Under the pieces are notes generated by a model. The model was given only the letters and a program-made list of their open reading frames with translations. It was not told where the DNA came from and made no database searches. From the NCBI GenBank assembly GCA_038087875.1, contig CM075992.1, positions 2,172,001-2,236,000 of the forward strand: a stretch of 64,000 bases of DNA, given 5' to 3'. Of the stretch, positions 23,001 through 35,688 are shown one piece after another. The stretch is from Malacoraja senta. Lineage: Eukaryota. Each line of letters opens with the position of its first letter. Positions within the stretch are counted from its first letter, which is position 1. Position numbers and translations under genes: made by a program.

Positions 23001-25979
23001 ACATTGGAGAGGGCAGTCCGGAGAGGCTGGGGCCACATCAGGTCTCAGCTCCCTCTAGATAGACACAAAAAGCTGGAGTAACTCAGCAGGACAGGCAGCA
23101 ACTCTGACCCGAAATGTCACCCATTCCTTCATTCCAGAGACGCTGCCGGTCCCACTAGCTTTTTGTGTCTATCTTTGATTTAAACCTGCATCTGCAGTTC
23201 CTTCCTACACGTTTCCTCTGCACCGCTCTCCTGCCCCACAGTCTGTGGAAGGTTGCAGCCACCCGCTCTCACTGTTCTGGTCAGGCATCCAGCCTCAGCT
23301 ACAAAGGTGACAGTCATTTGTGAACCTTTCTGCTTGGTCCAGGCTAGAGAATGAACTGTAAATAGTGGAGCTTCACCAACTGATGTGGGTCCTCTGTGCA
23401 GCTTGACTCAGCTCAGTCTGAAGCACAGCAGAGGCACCATGGCCACCAGTGCAAAGCACAACCCCTGGGTCCTGGCTGATGCGAGGACATGCATTGAGAA
23501 GGGCAGCAAAATTAGTTCCTGAGAGGTTGAGGTGCCCCCTCTGTATCTCACAACTCCTCATGCAACATTAGGAGCAGTTGGAAAGATGCACTGCCTATAT
23601 CACATAGGAAACTGAAGATGAGGTCTAAAGAAGGGTGTCAACCTGAAACGTCACCTATTCCTTCTCTCCAGAGATGCTGCCTGACCCGCTGTGTTACTCC
23701 AGCACTGTGTCTCATCTATGAGATTTTCATTGTTTGGACACATCTCCATAACACAATTTTGTTCACCTGAAAACCAAATAACCAGCACACCAAACTTCAA
23801 CAACCTCTAAAGTTGACTTACGCCAATCTTTCGACACTATTCAATGTTAAAACCCGACATTCCAATAACCCCCTTTCCCCATATCTCAGCCTCAAGGAAC
23901 TCCCCCTCTCCATATCCCAACCAAGCAAAGAAATTCCTTTATCCACATCCCTTAACTCCAGGAACTCCTTGTATGTGTGCCACATTAGTCCACGGGCTAA
24001 GCTATGTTTACTGGGGGGGGGGGGGGGGGGCAAGGTTAATAGTGTAGGAATCTGACATTAACAGAGAAAGCTCTGACTGGGGACCTGAGAGCAAGTGGAT
24101 ACAACGTAGAATTAGAACCAGGCCTTACCAGAGAAAAAATCAGGAACCATTTCTTCACACAAAAAGGTGGTGGAAATCTGTTCTTCCAAAACGCTGGCTG
24201 CTAAAGGGCTACGACAGTATATGTTAGTTGGGAAAGGATATCAAAGGATGAAAGAGCTGGGAATTCTTGATCGGTCCGGGTGTCAGGGGTTATGGGGAGA
24301 AGGCAGGAGAATGTGGAGAGAAGGCAGGAGCCATGATTGAATGGCGGAGTAGGCTTGATGCACTGAATGGCCTAATTCCGCTCCGATCACTTATGACCAA
24401 AGAGGATTTCAGAATCATATTCCCTCTCGGTAGGAGGTTCCACACTGAACTACCTTTGCAGGAGCTTCCCATTAAGGCTGAGGAATGGGAGTTATTTTAT
24501 CAATGGCACATTCCTGGTATGTTCTCTCACTGATAAGGGATGAGAGCATAACAGATACTTCCTGGAATTCAGCTGATACGTCCCACTTAGAGTCCAGACA
24601 CCACTCCAGCTAATTAAGCCTCTAATTATCGACAAACCTCCTGTGAGGAAGTGAGAGGAATGATGATGCAGCATCGTGATGGAGGATACAGAGACCCACG
24701 CCATTGTTGGTCCTTATTACTGCATTTTTTTCCACAATTGATTTTCGTCAATAGACAATAGGTGCAGGAGTAGGCCATTTGGCACTTCGAGCCAGCACCG
24801 CCATTCAATGTGATCATGGCTGATCATCCCCAATCAGTACCCCGTTCCTGCCTTCTCCCCATATCCCCTGACTCTGCTATTTTTAAGAGCCCTATCTAGC
24901 TCTCTCTTGAAAGCATCCAGAGAACCTGCCTCCACCACCCTCTGAGGCAGAGAATTCCACAGACTCACCACTCTCTGTGAGAAAAAGTGTTTTCTCATCT
25001 CTGTTCTAAATGGCTTACTCCTTATTCTTAAACTGGCGTTTAAGAAGGAACTGCAGATGCTGGAAAATCGAAGGTAGACAAAAGTGCTGGAGAAACTCAG
25101 CGGGTGCAGCAGCATCTATGGAGCGAAGGAAATAGGCAACATTTCAGGCCGAAACCCTTCCTCAGACCTAAACTGTGGCCCCTGGTTCTGGACTCCCCCA
25201 ACATCGGGAACATGTTTCCTGCCTCTAGCGTGTCCAAGCCCTTAACAATCTTACATGTTTCAATGAGATCCCCTCTCATCCATCTAAACTCCAGAGTGTA
25301 CAAGCCCAGCTGCTCCATTCTCTCAGCATATGACGGTCCCGCCATCTGCTTTTCGAAGGCTTTTTATTCAATCTGCTTTCATGAGCCAACCTGGCAGCAG
25401 ACCCCATACACCCTATGTTCCCACTCTGCTGAACCTTGTGATCTTCACTGCCACCCTCACCCACGTCTGAAAAACAGCCATTTATCCCAACTCTTCTCAT
25501 CGTCCTGCTTAAAGGCTGTCCACTTTAGCTGATGTTATTGGCCATCCAGCCACCAGGAACAGTTGCTATTTTCTGTCTAAACCCTTCTTAATTCTAAGCT
25601 TCTATCAAACCTCCTCCTGACATCCTCTACTCCTACAACAATGCCATCTTCTCCAGTTTCCCCACAGAACTGAAGGTTCACGTTCTGGGGGACAGTCTAA
25701 GATATCTCTCTGAAGCCTCCCAAAAAACCTCAAATGTAAGGGGAAAATATATTGTTTTGTTTTGAGATAAAGTGGGTTGTCTTCTGGGGTCCGTCTAAGA
25801 TCACCCAGTACACACATGAGTCGGGAGGACTGAGAGGTGATCTTATTGATCGAGTCATAGAGTGATACAGTGTGGAAACAAGACCTTCGGCCCAACTTGC
25901 CCACACCGTCCATCATGTCCCAGCTACACTAGTCCCACCTGCTGCATTTGGCCCATATCCCTCCAAACCTGTCCTATCA

Positions 25980-26540
25980 AAGTCAAGTCAAGTCAAGTCA
26001 CATTTATTTATATAGCACATTTAAAAAACAACTCTCGTTGGCCAAAGTGCTTTACATTTGTTATAAGAATAGCACAAACAAAACAAACTACATACATATA
26101 TACATGTAGCCCTCACTCAGAGGACGTCAGGAAAGGCTTGGGAGTATAGATACGTCTTTAGTCTTGACTTAAAAGAGTCGATGGAGGGGGCAGTTCTGAT
26201 GGGAAAGGGGATGCTGTTCCACAGTCTAGGGGCTGCAACCGCAAAGGCGCGGTCGCCCCTGAGCTTATGCCTAGACCGTGGGACATTCAGTGACCCCAAG
26301 TCGGCCGATCTGAGGGGCCTGGATGTGGAGTGGTGGGTGAGAAGACTTTTTATGTAGGTGGGGGCAAGCCCATTGAGGGCTTTGTAGACATGGAGGAGGA
26401 TCTTGAAGTTTATACGGAACCGCACAGGGAGCCAGTGGAGAGGGGCCAGGATCGGGGTGATGTGGTCCCTTTTTCGGGTGCCCGTCAGGAGTCTCGCTGT
26501 GGCGTTTTGGACCAGTTGCAGGCGGGACAGGGAAGAAGCT
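25980..26540 (-). mobile_element. L2-clade LINE 3' fragment
   Basis: FRINFKILLHVYKALNGLAPTY...GDRAFAVAAPRLWNSIP...FKSRLKTYLY; tail ends in (GACTT)n. Confidence 0.85.
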
Positions 26541-29500
26541 TAGAATCAATGTTTCTTAAACGTTGACAGACTTGTGCCGGATTCTCAGATTCAACCTTCA
26601 ATCGATGTAAGTGCATCCATTGTTAGGAACAGTGTCTCCAAAGCCTGCTACAGGACTAGAGGGTGTGAGCTGTAGGGAGAGGTTGAGTAGGCTGGGTCTC
26701 TATTCCATGGAGCGCAGGAGGATGAGGGGAATCTTCTAGAGGTGTACAAAATCATGAGCGGAATAGATCAGGTAGATGCAGAGTCTTTTGCCCAGAGTAG
26801 GGGAATCGATGACCAGAGGACATAGGTTCAAGGTGAAGGGTAAAAATTTAATAGGAATCCGAGGGGTAACTTTTTCACACAAAGGGTGGTGGGTGTATGG
26901 AATAAGATGCCAGAGGAGGTAGTTGAGGCTGGGACTATCCCATCGTTTAAGAAACAGTTAGACAGGTACATTGATAGGACAGGTTTGGAGGGATATGGAC
27001 CAAACGCAGGCAGGTGGGACTAGTGTAGCTGGGACATGTTAACCGGTGTGGGCTCTAGGACTCTTATCAGCTCCACCGACCTGTGATGCCGACCAGCGGG
27101 TTGTATATTAGATCCCTCAAAGGTCACATTTCTCATTCCCCGGGAAAGTAACTTCACCAAATAAAGAGAGGATTGTGTAGTTTTTTCCCCTTTAAATTAA
27201 ATGTTTTGCAGTTATTCAACTAATTCAAAATCCATGCGGGATTATCAATATTGTCGCTCCTGCGATAAACAGCAGGAATAACTTGGGCAGCCCACAACTA
27301 TGCAGGAAAGCTTAGAAGAATGGAAGGAATTCTGATAATAGCCAAATAGGAAAAATTCCGGAATCTATAAATACTGAATTGCCATAAATCAGGCTGGGTG
27401 TTCGAGCTGCTTCTGATGGTCAGTTGTTGCAGGGTCCGGGTGCTTGGGGGGCGGGTGTGGTCTCCACAATAGCTGTCTGTCTGCCGAGACCCAGGTCGAT
27501 GAGGAATCAGGGGGTTGTAGATTCATGTCTGAGATAGCATCTGACCATCAAAGTGTAAACAGGCGCGTTGCAGACAGGCAGGGGCGATGGAAGCGGTGGG
27601 TGGTTTTGTTTAGGGCAAGCTGATAGATAGTGTGTTCAGGAAGGAACTGAAGATAGACGCAAAAGACGAGTTCAGGCTGATGGGAGTCCGGGCAGAGGGA
27701 GGATGCAACCCGGGGGACAGGCTGGGGTTACTCGCTCGTCCAGCGGGGTTTAGTCTCAATGTGTAGGAAGGAACTGCAGGTGCTGGTCTACACCACCGTG
27801 GGAGCAAAATGCTGGAGTAACTCAGCGGGTCAGGCAGCATCTCTGGAAACAAGGAATGCGACGTTTCAGGTTGAGACCCTTCTTCAGACTTCAGAGTCTC
27901 TGTAAAACTAAAAGAAAAATTACTGGACATAAGTAGATAAGAAGACAGAGACAGCTCGAATTGAATCTGAAGAAGGGTCTCGACCAGAAACGTCACCCAT
28001 TCCTTCTCTCCAGAGATGCTGCCTGTCCCGCTGCTGAGTTACTCCAGGATTCTGTGTCTATCTTCGAATTGAGAAAGGTTGGAGTTGATGATGCATTTCA
28101 ACACTGGAGCAGAAACATTCAGGCTGACACTCTGTTGTACAAAGGTCGCGAGTGCTACACTGTGACTGGACAAATATTGAGGAAGTGTAGCAGAGGTAAA
28201 AAGGCAGTGTCAAAGGAGCAGTGCACTGTTGGGGGGGATAGACACAACATGCTGGAGTAACTCAGCGGGACAGGCAGCATCTCTGGAGAGAAGGACTCAG
28301 TCTGAAGAAGGGTCTCGACCTGAAACGTCACCCATCCTTCTCTCCAGAGATGCTGCCTGTCCCGCTGAGTTACTCCAGCATTGTGTGTCGATCTTCAGTG
28401 TAAAGCAGCAGTTCCTTCCAACAGTATTCTCACCAGCGTGTAGTTGTTCCATGTGCGTTAACATTCTCTGGGGCCCAGAGGCAGAGGAGGAGAGAGGCAG
28501 AGAGAAAGACAGAGGGGCAGCAAGGGAGGGAGAGGGAGAGAGGCAGAAGGAAATAGGGAGAGAGATAAAGAGAGAAGGAGAAGTAGAGAGAGGGAGAAAG
28601 ATTCACCTGGTGGTCTGACAATAGACAATAGGTGCAGGAGCAGGCCATTCAGCCCTTCGAGCCAGCACCGCCATTCAATGTGAACATGGCTGATCATCCC
28701 CAATCAGTACCCCGTTCCTGCCTTCTCCCCATATCCCCTGACTCCACTATTTTTAAGAGCCCTATCTAGCTCTCTCCTGAAAGCATCCAGAGAACCTGCC
28801 TCCACCTGAGGCAGAGAATTCCACAGACTCACCACTCTCTGTGAGAAAAAGTGTTTCCTCGTCTCCATTCTAAATGGCTTACTCCTTATTCTTAAACTGT
28901 GTGTGGCCCCTGGTTCTGGGACTTGGATCAGTGCAAAACTGAGAGCTGAGCCTTTTTAAAGAGCCGAGGAAATGTGTGTGACATGAGTGAGTGAGTACCT
29001 GGTGTGTGGACCACACTTTCACAAGCTCCACTGATGCTGGGACAGATAGGAATTGCATTTTAGAGACGGCTTTTTTTCACCACAGATATCTAACAAAACA
29101 AGGTGATGAATGGTTCTAAGGAGTCAGATCAGAGAGCAGCCATGATAGAAACATAGAAAATAGGTGCAAGAGTAGGCCATTCGGCCCTTTGAGCCTGCAC
29201 CGCCATTCAATATGATCATGGCTGATCATCCAACTCAGTATCCTGTACCTGCCTTCTCTCCGTACCCCCTGATCCCTTTAGCCACAAGGGCCACATCTAA
29301 CTCCCTCTTAAATATAGCCAATGAACTGGCCTCAACTACCTTCTGTGGCAGAGAATTCCACAGATTCACCACTCTCTGTGTGAATTTTTTTATTCTCATC
29401 TCGGTCCTAAAAGACTTCCCCTTATTCTTAAATTGTGACCCCTTGTTCTGGACTTCCCCAACATCGGGAACAATCTTCCTGCATCTAGCCTGTCCAACCC

Positions 29501-31797
29501 CTTAAGAATTTTGTAAGTTTCTATGATCCCACTGAACAGTGCAACAGGGTTGAATGGCTTCCTCCACATTCAGTAGTGCAGCTGCATCACACCTTCAACA
29601 ACCCAGCTCAAGTCGTGACCTCCGCTGCTGCCCGTGTGGAGTTTGCACCGTTTACCTGTGCCCGCGTGGAGATTCCCCTGGATGCCACAGTTACCTCCCA
29701 CATCTCATAGACGTGCTAATCGGTCGCTTCCTTGGCTGCTGAACATTGCCCCGGGAATGTCAGCTCGTTGGTGGCCGGAGATGTGAGACAGAATAGTAAG
29801 TAAGTTTATTGGCCAAGTATTCACATACAAGGAATTTGCCTTGGTGCTCCACCCACAAGTAACAACATGACATACAGTGACAGTTACGAATGACTCAGAA
29901 AACACAAAACATTAATAATAATAAAACATTAATGATAAAACACTAATGATAGAGGGAAGTAAGTGGGGAGAATGGGATTGCTCTCTGGACCGGTATAGGT
30001 TTGATGGGCTGAAAGGCCTCCTCTGTTGCAGGGAGATACGAGTTGAATATTGTACTCCATGCACACTCCAAGCCTATACTTTGTCAGAAGATAGACACAA
30101 AAAGCTGGAGTAACTCAGCAGGACAGGCAGCATCTCTGGAGAGAAGGGATGGGTGATGTTTGGGGTTGAGACCCTTCTTCAGACATTCTTCAGGGTGGAG
30201 CAGTGAAGGGTTACTTGTAGCATTGGGGGCTAGTGCTGAAATAAACACCAGGATTCTGACTGGAAAGAGCTTTCAAAAGTACAACGCGAGGACACAGACC
30301 CATCAATCGTGTACACTTCTTCACAGCCGCTCCGTGCCAGCTCCTAATCCCAGATAATCCTCTGATAGTTGAAGAATTCCAGCCGCCTGGCCCTTGGCAA
30401 GAATCAAATCGGAATCAGCGTGCGGGTGCCACAGCTCTCCCCCTGGCACTCCATATCGATCCTGAACACCCCTCGCCAGCTCCAGGAGCTTGCCCGTGCC
30501 AAGGGGGTAGCCCCGACGCTGCACAGGTACCTCAGCTGGCAATGGAGAGGGGTCAGGGCAGTTGGAGAAGGGAGGTTGGAGAGAATGTGGAGCGGCACAG
30601 CGGTAGAGTTGCTGCCTTTTACAGCGCCAGAGACCCGGGTTCCATCCTGACTACGGGTGCTGTCTGTACGGAGTTTGCATGTTCTCCCTGTTACCGTGTG
30701 GGTTTTCTCCGGGTGGTCCGGTTTCCTCCCACAATCCAGAGACGTACAGATTTGCAGGTTAATTGGATTCTGTAAAAATGTCGCTTGTGTGCATGATAGA
30801 ACTAGACTATGGGGGATCGCTGGTCGGTGTGGGCTGAAGGGCCACTTTCCACACGCTATCTCTAAAAACTAAACTGATTACAGCATCTACAACACAGCTA
30901 TGCTGAGACTGAGCCCCCATCGCTGAAACATCCAACCAAGTGCGAGATTTAATCTCAATTAATTTAAAGTGATCCAAAATGCTGCTGCCCTTGACCCGTT
31001 GTCATTCTTGCTGGCCCTCACTGGCCTCTGGTTCCCACACTTAGACCGTGCATCAGGGACTAGCTCACACCACAGTCTTGCAAATTCTTTCATTTCACAC
31101 TTTTCCCAGTCAACATAAAGCACAGAACTCTGTACAATGCCTTCCAGGACGGAGATCAGGAGAAATGGCTTTCGTCGGACGGTGGTGAATCTGTGGACTT
31201 CATTGCCACAGAAGGCTGTGGAGGCCAGGTCAGTGGATATATTTAAGGCGGAGATAGAAAGATTCTTGATTAGTACGGGTCCAGAGGTTATGGGGAGAAG
31301 GCGGGAGAATGGGGTTAGGAGGGAGGGATAGATCAGCCATGATTGAATAGCGGAGTAGACTTGATGGGACAAATGGCCTAATTCTACTCCTATTCCTTAT
31401 GCCAATAGGTGCAGGAGTAGGCCATTCAACCCTTCGAGCCAGCACCGCCATTCAATGTGATCATGGCTGATCATCCCCAATCAGTACCCCGTTCCTGCCT
31501 TCTCCCCATATCCCCTGACTCCGCTATCTTTAAGAGCCTTATCCATCTCTCTCTCTCTATGACCTTATGAACACAGCCTGAAGAAGGGTTCCGACCCAAA
31601 ACATCACCCATCGTTTTGCTCTGGAGATGCTGCCTGACCCGCTGTCAGTCCAACGCTTTGTGTCTAACTTCGGTCTAAACCAGCATCTGCACTTCCTTCC
31701 TACACAGGAACAGGCCCTTTGCTCACAATATCTGTGCTGACCATGACGCCAGATAAACTAATCTCATCTGATTGCACAAGATCCATTTCCATGCCCT

Positions 31798-32425
31798 TCA
31801 TGCCTTTATAACAAGAGGAATCAAATATAGGAGCAAAGAGGTCCTTCTGCAGTTGTACAGAGCCCTAGTGAGACCACACCTGGAGTATTGTGTGCAGTTT
31901 TGGTCCCCTAATTTGAGGAAGGACATTCTTGCTATTGAGGGAGTGCAGCGTAGGTTTACAAGGTTAATTCCCGGGATGGCGGGACTGTCATATGTTGAGA
32001 GAATGGAGCGGCTGGGCTTGTACACTCTGGAGTTTAGAAGGATGAGAGGGTATCTCATTGAAACATATAAGATTGTTAAGGGCTTGGGCGCACTAGAGGC
32101 AGGAAACATGTTCCCGATGTTGGGGGAGTCCAGAACCAGGGACCACAGTTTAAGAATAAGGAGTAAGCCATTTAGAACGGAGACGAGGAAACAGAGTGGT
32201 GAGTCTGTGGAATTCTCTGCCTCAGAGGGCGGTGGAGGCAGGTTCTCTGGATGCTTTCAAGAGAGAGCTAGATAGGGCTCCTAAAAATAGCGGAGTCAGG
32301 GGATATGGGGAGAAGGCAGGAACGGGGTCCTGATTTGGGATGATCAGCCATGATCACATTGAATGGCAGTGCTGGCTCGAAGGGCCGAATGGCGTGCTCC
32401 TGCACCTTTTGTCTATTGTCTATCT
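31798..32425 (+). mobile_element. CR1-clade LINE 3' fragment, the longest of many copies (others near 12273-12670, 24750-25345, 28615-28920, 29147-29527, 32868-33089, 39836-40187, 42705-43032)
   Basis: LYRALVRPHLEYCVQFWSP...IEGVQRRFTRLIPG...LYTLE (CR1 ORF2 C-terminus); 3' (CTATTGT)n tail. Confidence 0.9.
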
Positions 32426-34483
32426 AAATCCCTCCTGAACTCCACATGAGGTATTACCCAAAGTTAGAACCAAACCACTTGGCAACCGCAAGTCGTATTT
32501 CCTTATAACAAAATGCTGGGGGAACTCGGCAGGTCAGGCAGCATCTCTGTAGAACATGGATCCACGTCCTCCACACCTGCTGCCTGACAAATTACATGTT
32601 GTTTCTAATCGCTCCTGTGCAGCACAAAAGATAACCAAGCTGCTGATGTCTGTAAGAGTGCATCCCGGTGAGATTTGACACCTCAGGGCAGTCTGAAGAA
32701 GCATTCTGACCCAAAACGTCACCCGCTCGTTCTCTCCAGAGGTGCTGCCTGACCTGCTGAGATACTCCAACACTTTGTGTCTATCACCGGAGAACATGGA
32801 TAAGCAACACCCTATCGAAGGGTTGCCTGTCCATGTTCTCCACAGATGCTGCCTGACCTGCTCAGCTACAATAGACAATAGACAATAGGTGCAGGAGTAG
32901 GCCATTCGGCCCTTCGAGCCAGCACCGCCATTCAATGTGATCATGGCTGATCATCCCCAATCAGGACCCCGTTCCTGCCTTCTCCCCATATCCCCTGACT
33001 CCGCTATTTTTAAGAGCCCTATCTAGCTCTCTCTTGAAAGCATCCAGAGAACCAGCCTCCACCGCCCTCTGAGGCAGAGAATTCCACAGTGCTACACCAG
33101 CACTGTGTCAGTATCTCTGGAACTTGTACTCCAATGAGGATCTGTGCAGGTGGAATTACACTCCAGTGAGTGTCCATGGAATCAGTACCCGGTAGGAATC
33201 GTTTCTGTATCCATGTGTCAGCTGATGCCCATGAGGTACGTTACAGAGGAAGGGCCAGGATCTTGGGACTGCACTGAACTCAGTCAGAGCCCATGCGTGT
33301 AGCTGTGTCAGGTCTGCATGGGCACTATCTTTGTGCAATATCTCCATGCTGTCCACTTTCGAAGAGGTTTCAGCCTACAGTAAATGGAGCCCGGTGTAAA
33401 GCCGCTAGAATTTTGTTTTTGGGAGAAGGGAATTATTTCCTCGTGTGGTTACATGAAGCTAGACAGCTGGCATTGTTTTGAGATTTACCAGATGCACTGA
33501 TCGCCAAGGCAGGAATGCAATGCCGGCAATGGAACAAACCAGGAAATGGAAGACAACTATCTGTCCGGCCCCAAAACCTTCAACCCGTAAATAAATTTCA
33601 TTGACGGAAAAATATTCCTCTTTGTTTTTGAGAAATGTGTGGATTGCAGTGGGGATGATTAACGGGCCAGTCACTGCTTCAGGAGCTCCCGCTGTAGTCT
33701 GGGGTTGCTCCACACTCAGCCCGAGTGAGGGTCCCTCTCTTTAGCCCCTCCAGGTGACGGAGCCTCAGGAATGCTTTGAATACAGTCACTAGGTGAATCA
33801 CGCCTGTGGTATTAAGATGGTATCTCAGGCATTTCCAGCGGCTGCTCAGCCCCAGGCTTGTCAACAGCCCGAGGCCTCCGCCATGTTCACCGGGCAAAGC
33901 GACACCTCCCCACCCCACCCGCCACGTGCCCCATAACCCATTCACCGAGGGCACTGCCCACCACCAGCCGACTCCAAGTCATCACCTCAGATCTCACCAT
34001 TTAAAGGCAAACTCAGATCATCCGTGGCTCAGAGATCGTTCTGGCCTCCAAGTCAGGGGATTGTAGGGGGCAAGACGTGCTTGGGACAGCCGATGGAACA
34101 GTCCACGAGGGAAGACATGTACAAAGTGCTGGAGTGACTCAGCGGGTCAGGCAGCATCGCTGGAGAAAAGGAATAGGTGACATTTCAGGTCGAGACCCTT
34201 CTTCAGATTCAGACTTCAGAAGGGTCTCGACCTGAAACGTCACCCATCCTTTTTCTCCAGAGATGCTGCCTGATCTGCTGAGTTCCTCCAGCATTTAGTG
34301 TCTGTCCGAAGGCTTTTCCTCTGGTTAATGTTTCCTGAGAGCGAGGCTAGGGTCAGCAGGGGTCAGCCCAGTCCGTGTGCCCATTAGGACAAGAGAAGAG
34401 ATCCCCCTCCCTACCCCCAGAGTGCCCACAGCTTACACACCCACTGCAGTGATGCAACAAATGGGATGAAAACCATTGGCCAT

Positions 34484-34489
34484 TTTATT
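34484..34489 (-). terminator. Likely GTF2F1 polyadenylation signal
   Basis: First minus-strand AATAAA I found downstream of the stop, about 1 kb away. Confidence 0.5.
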
Positions 34490-35478
34490 ATAGGATGGGT
34501 CCTGCCTCGAGAATAAACTGTAAATTACAACCTCATCAATTCAGAGCAAAAACAACACACAAAATCCCGCATGTCTGCCACACACACACAGATAGGCAAC
34601 GTTTCCAGTCAGAAAACTTTCTCCATATGAAGGGGCCTGATGCAAAACGTGGCATATCCAGTCCCTCCAGGGATGGCTGCCTGACCCGCTGAGTTACTCC
34701 AGCACTTTGCGTGTTTTTTGTAAACCAGCATCTGCGGTTCCTGGTGCCCTGACGAAGAGCAAGGCACTGCCCCCACTCCCAGCCACGAGAGTCCCAGTGG
34801 ATCAGTCCTGTTGTGTCCTGACCCCTTTGCACAGGGCCCCAGTCAAGATGGAGGTGCCATGAGTTCACAGTCCTGGCTCCTCTCCTTGGGCAGGCCCCCG
34901 TGGACTGTGATCACCTCCGTGGACCAGTGCTGGCACTGGGGAGCACAAGGGGAAGTGGTGAATGGCGCTGCCGAGAAGGGACTTCTTGTGGTTCATTCTA
35001 CAGTTTATAGAGGCAGTGGCCACCTCTATCTGCAAGTTTAAACGCTCTTGCGTACAGTATTGTCGTTACGTATCTTGGTCCCAATTCTGGATATGTTGCC
35101 GTTCCCCGTGAATCCAGGGCCCACCCTATGGCGCTCCCACTAAAAGCTGTTCCCCGGTTGGGCTGAGGGGGGGGAGGTGTCACAGCTCCAATTACCGGAG
35201 GCAGCTCTCTCTTCGGTCTGGAGACAACTGCCTCCTGCATCTCGGGGGGAGGGGGGGCCTGCTCCCACTTCTCACACCCTGGCCACACCAGACGCACAAC
35301 CACCCTCCCCAGCCCTGGTCAGGTCACTCCACCCTCAGCCCTTGATCCAGGCCAGGAGGGTGAAAGGTAAAAATCCGTGAACCACAATTATGTACAGAGA
35401 CAGACTGGTCTGGGATCATCCCTTACTCAGGCAGGACAGAGTCAGACAGCTACCTACACACACACGCCGGCCAAGTCC

Positions 35479-35688
35479 TCAGTTGACTTCCTTCAGGAAG
35501 AAGTGCATCTTGTCGTTGATCATCTTGCGCTCGGGTTGAGCTTCTTCAGGATCTGTGCCAGCACATTAACAGTCTGTTCGCTGCTCAACCCTGTCTTCTT
35601 CGTCTGGAACTTCTTCAGTAGGTCCTTGGTGGTCATAGGTTTGCGGGTGAGGTATCGACGCACCGCCTCCTCTGTCAGCTGGATATCA
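35479..35688 (-). CDS. GTF2F1: GTF2F1 last coding exon (winged helix)
   Basis: DIQLTEEAVRRYLTRKPM...KKLN[frameshift]ERKMINDKMHFFLKEVN stop. Confidence 0.92.
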
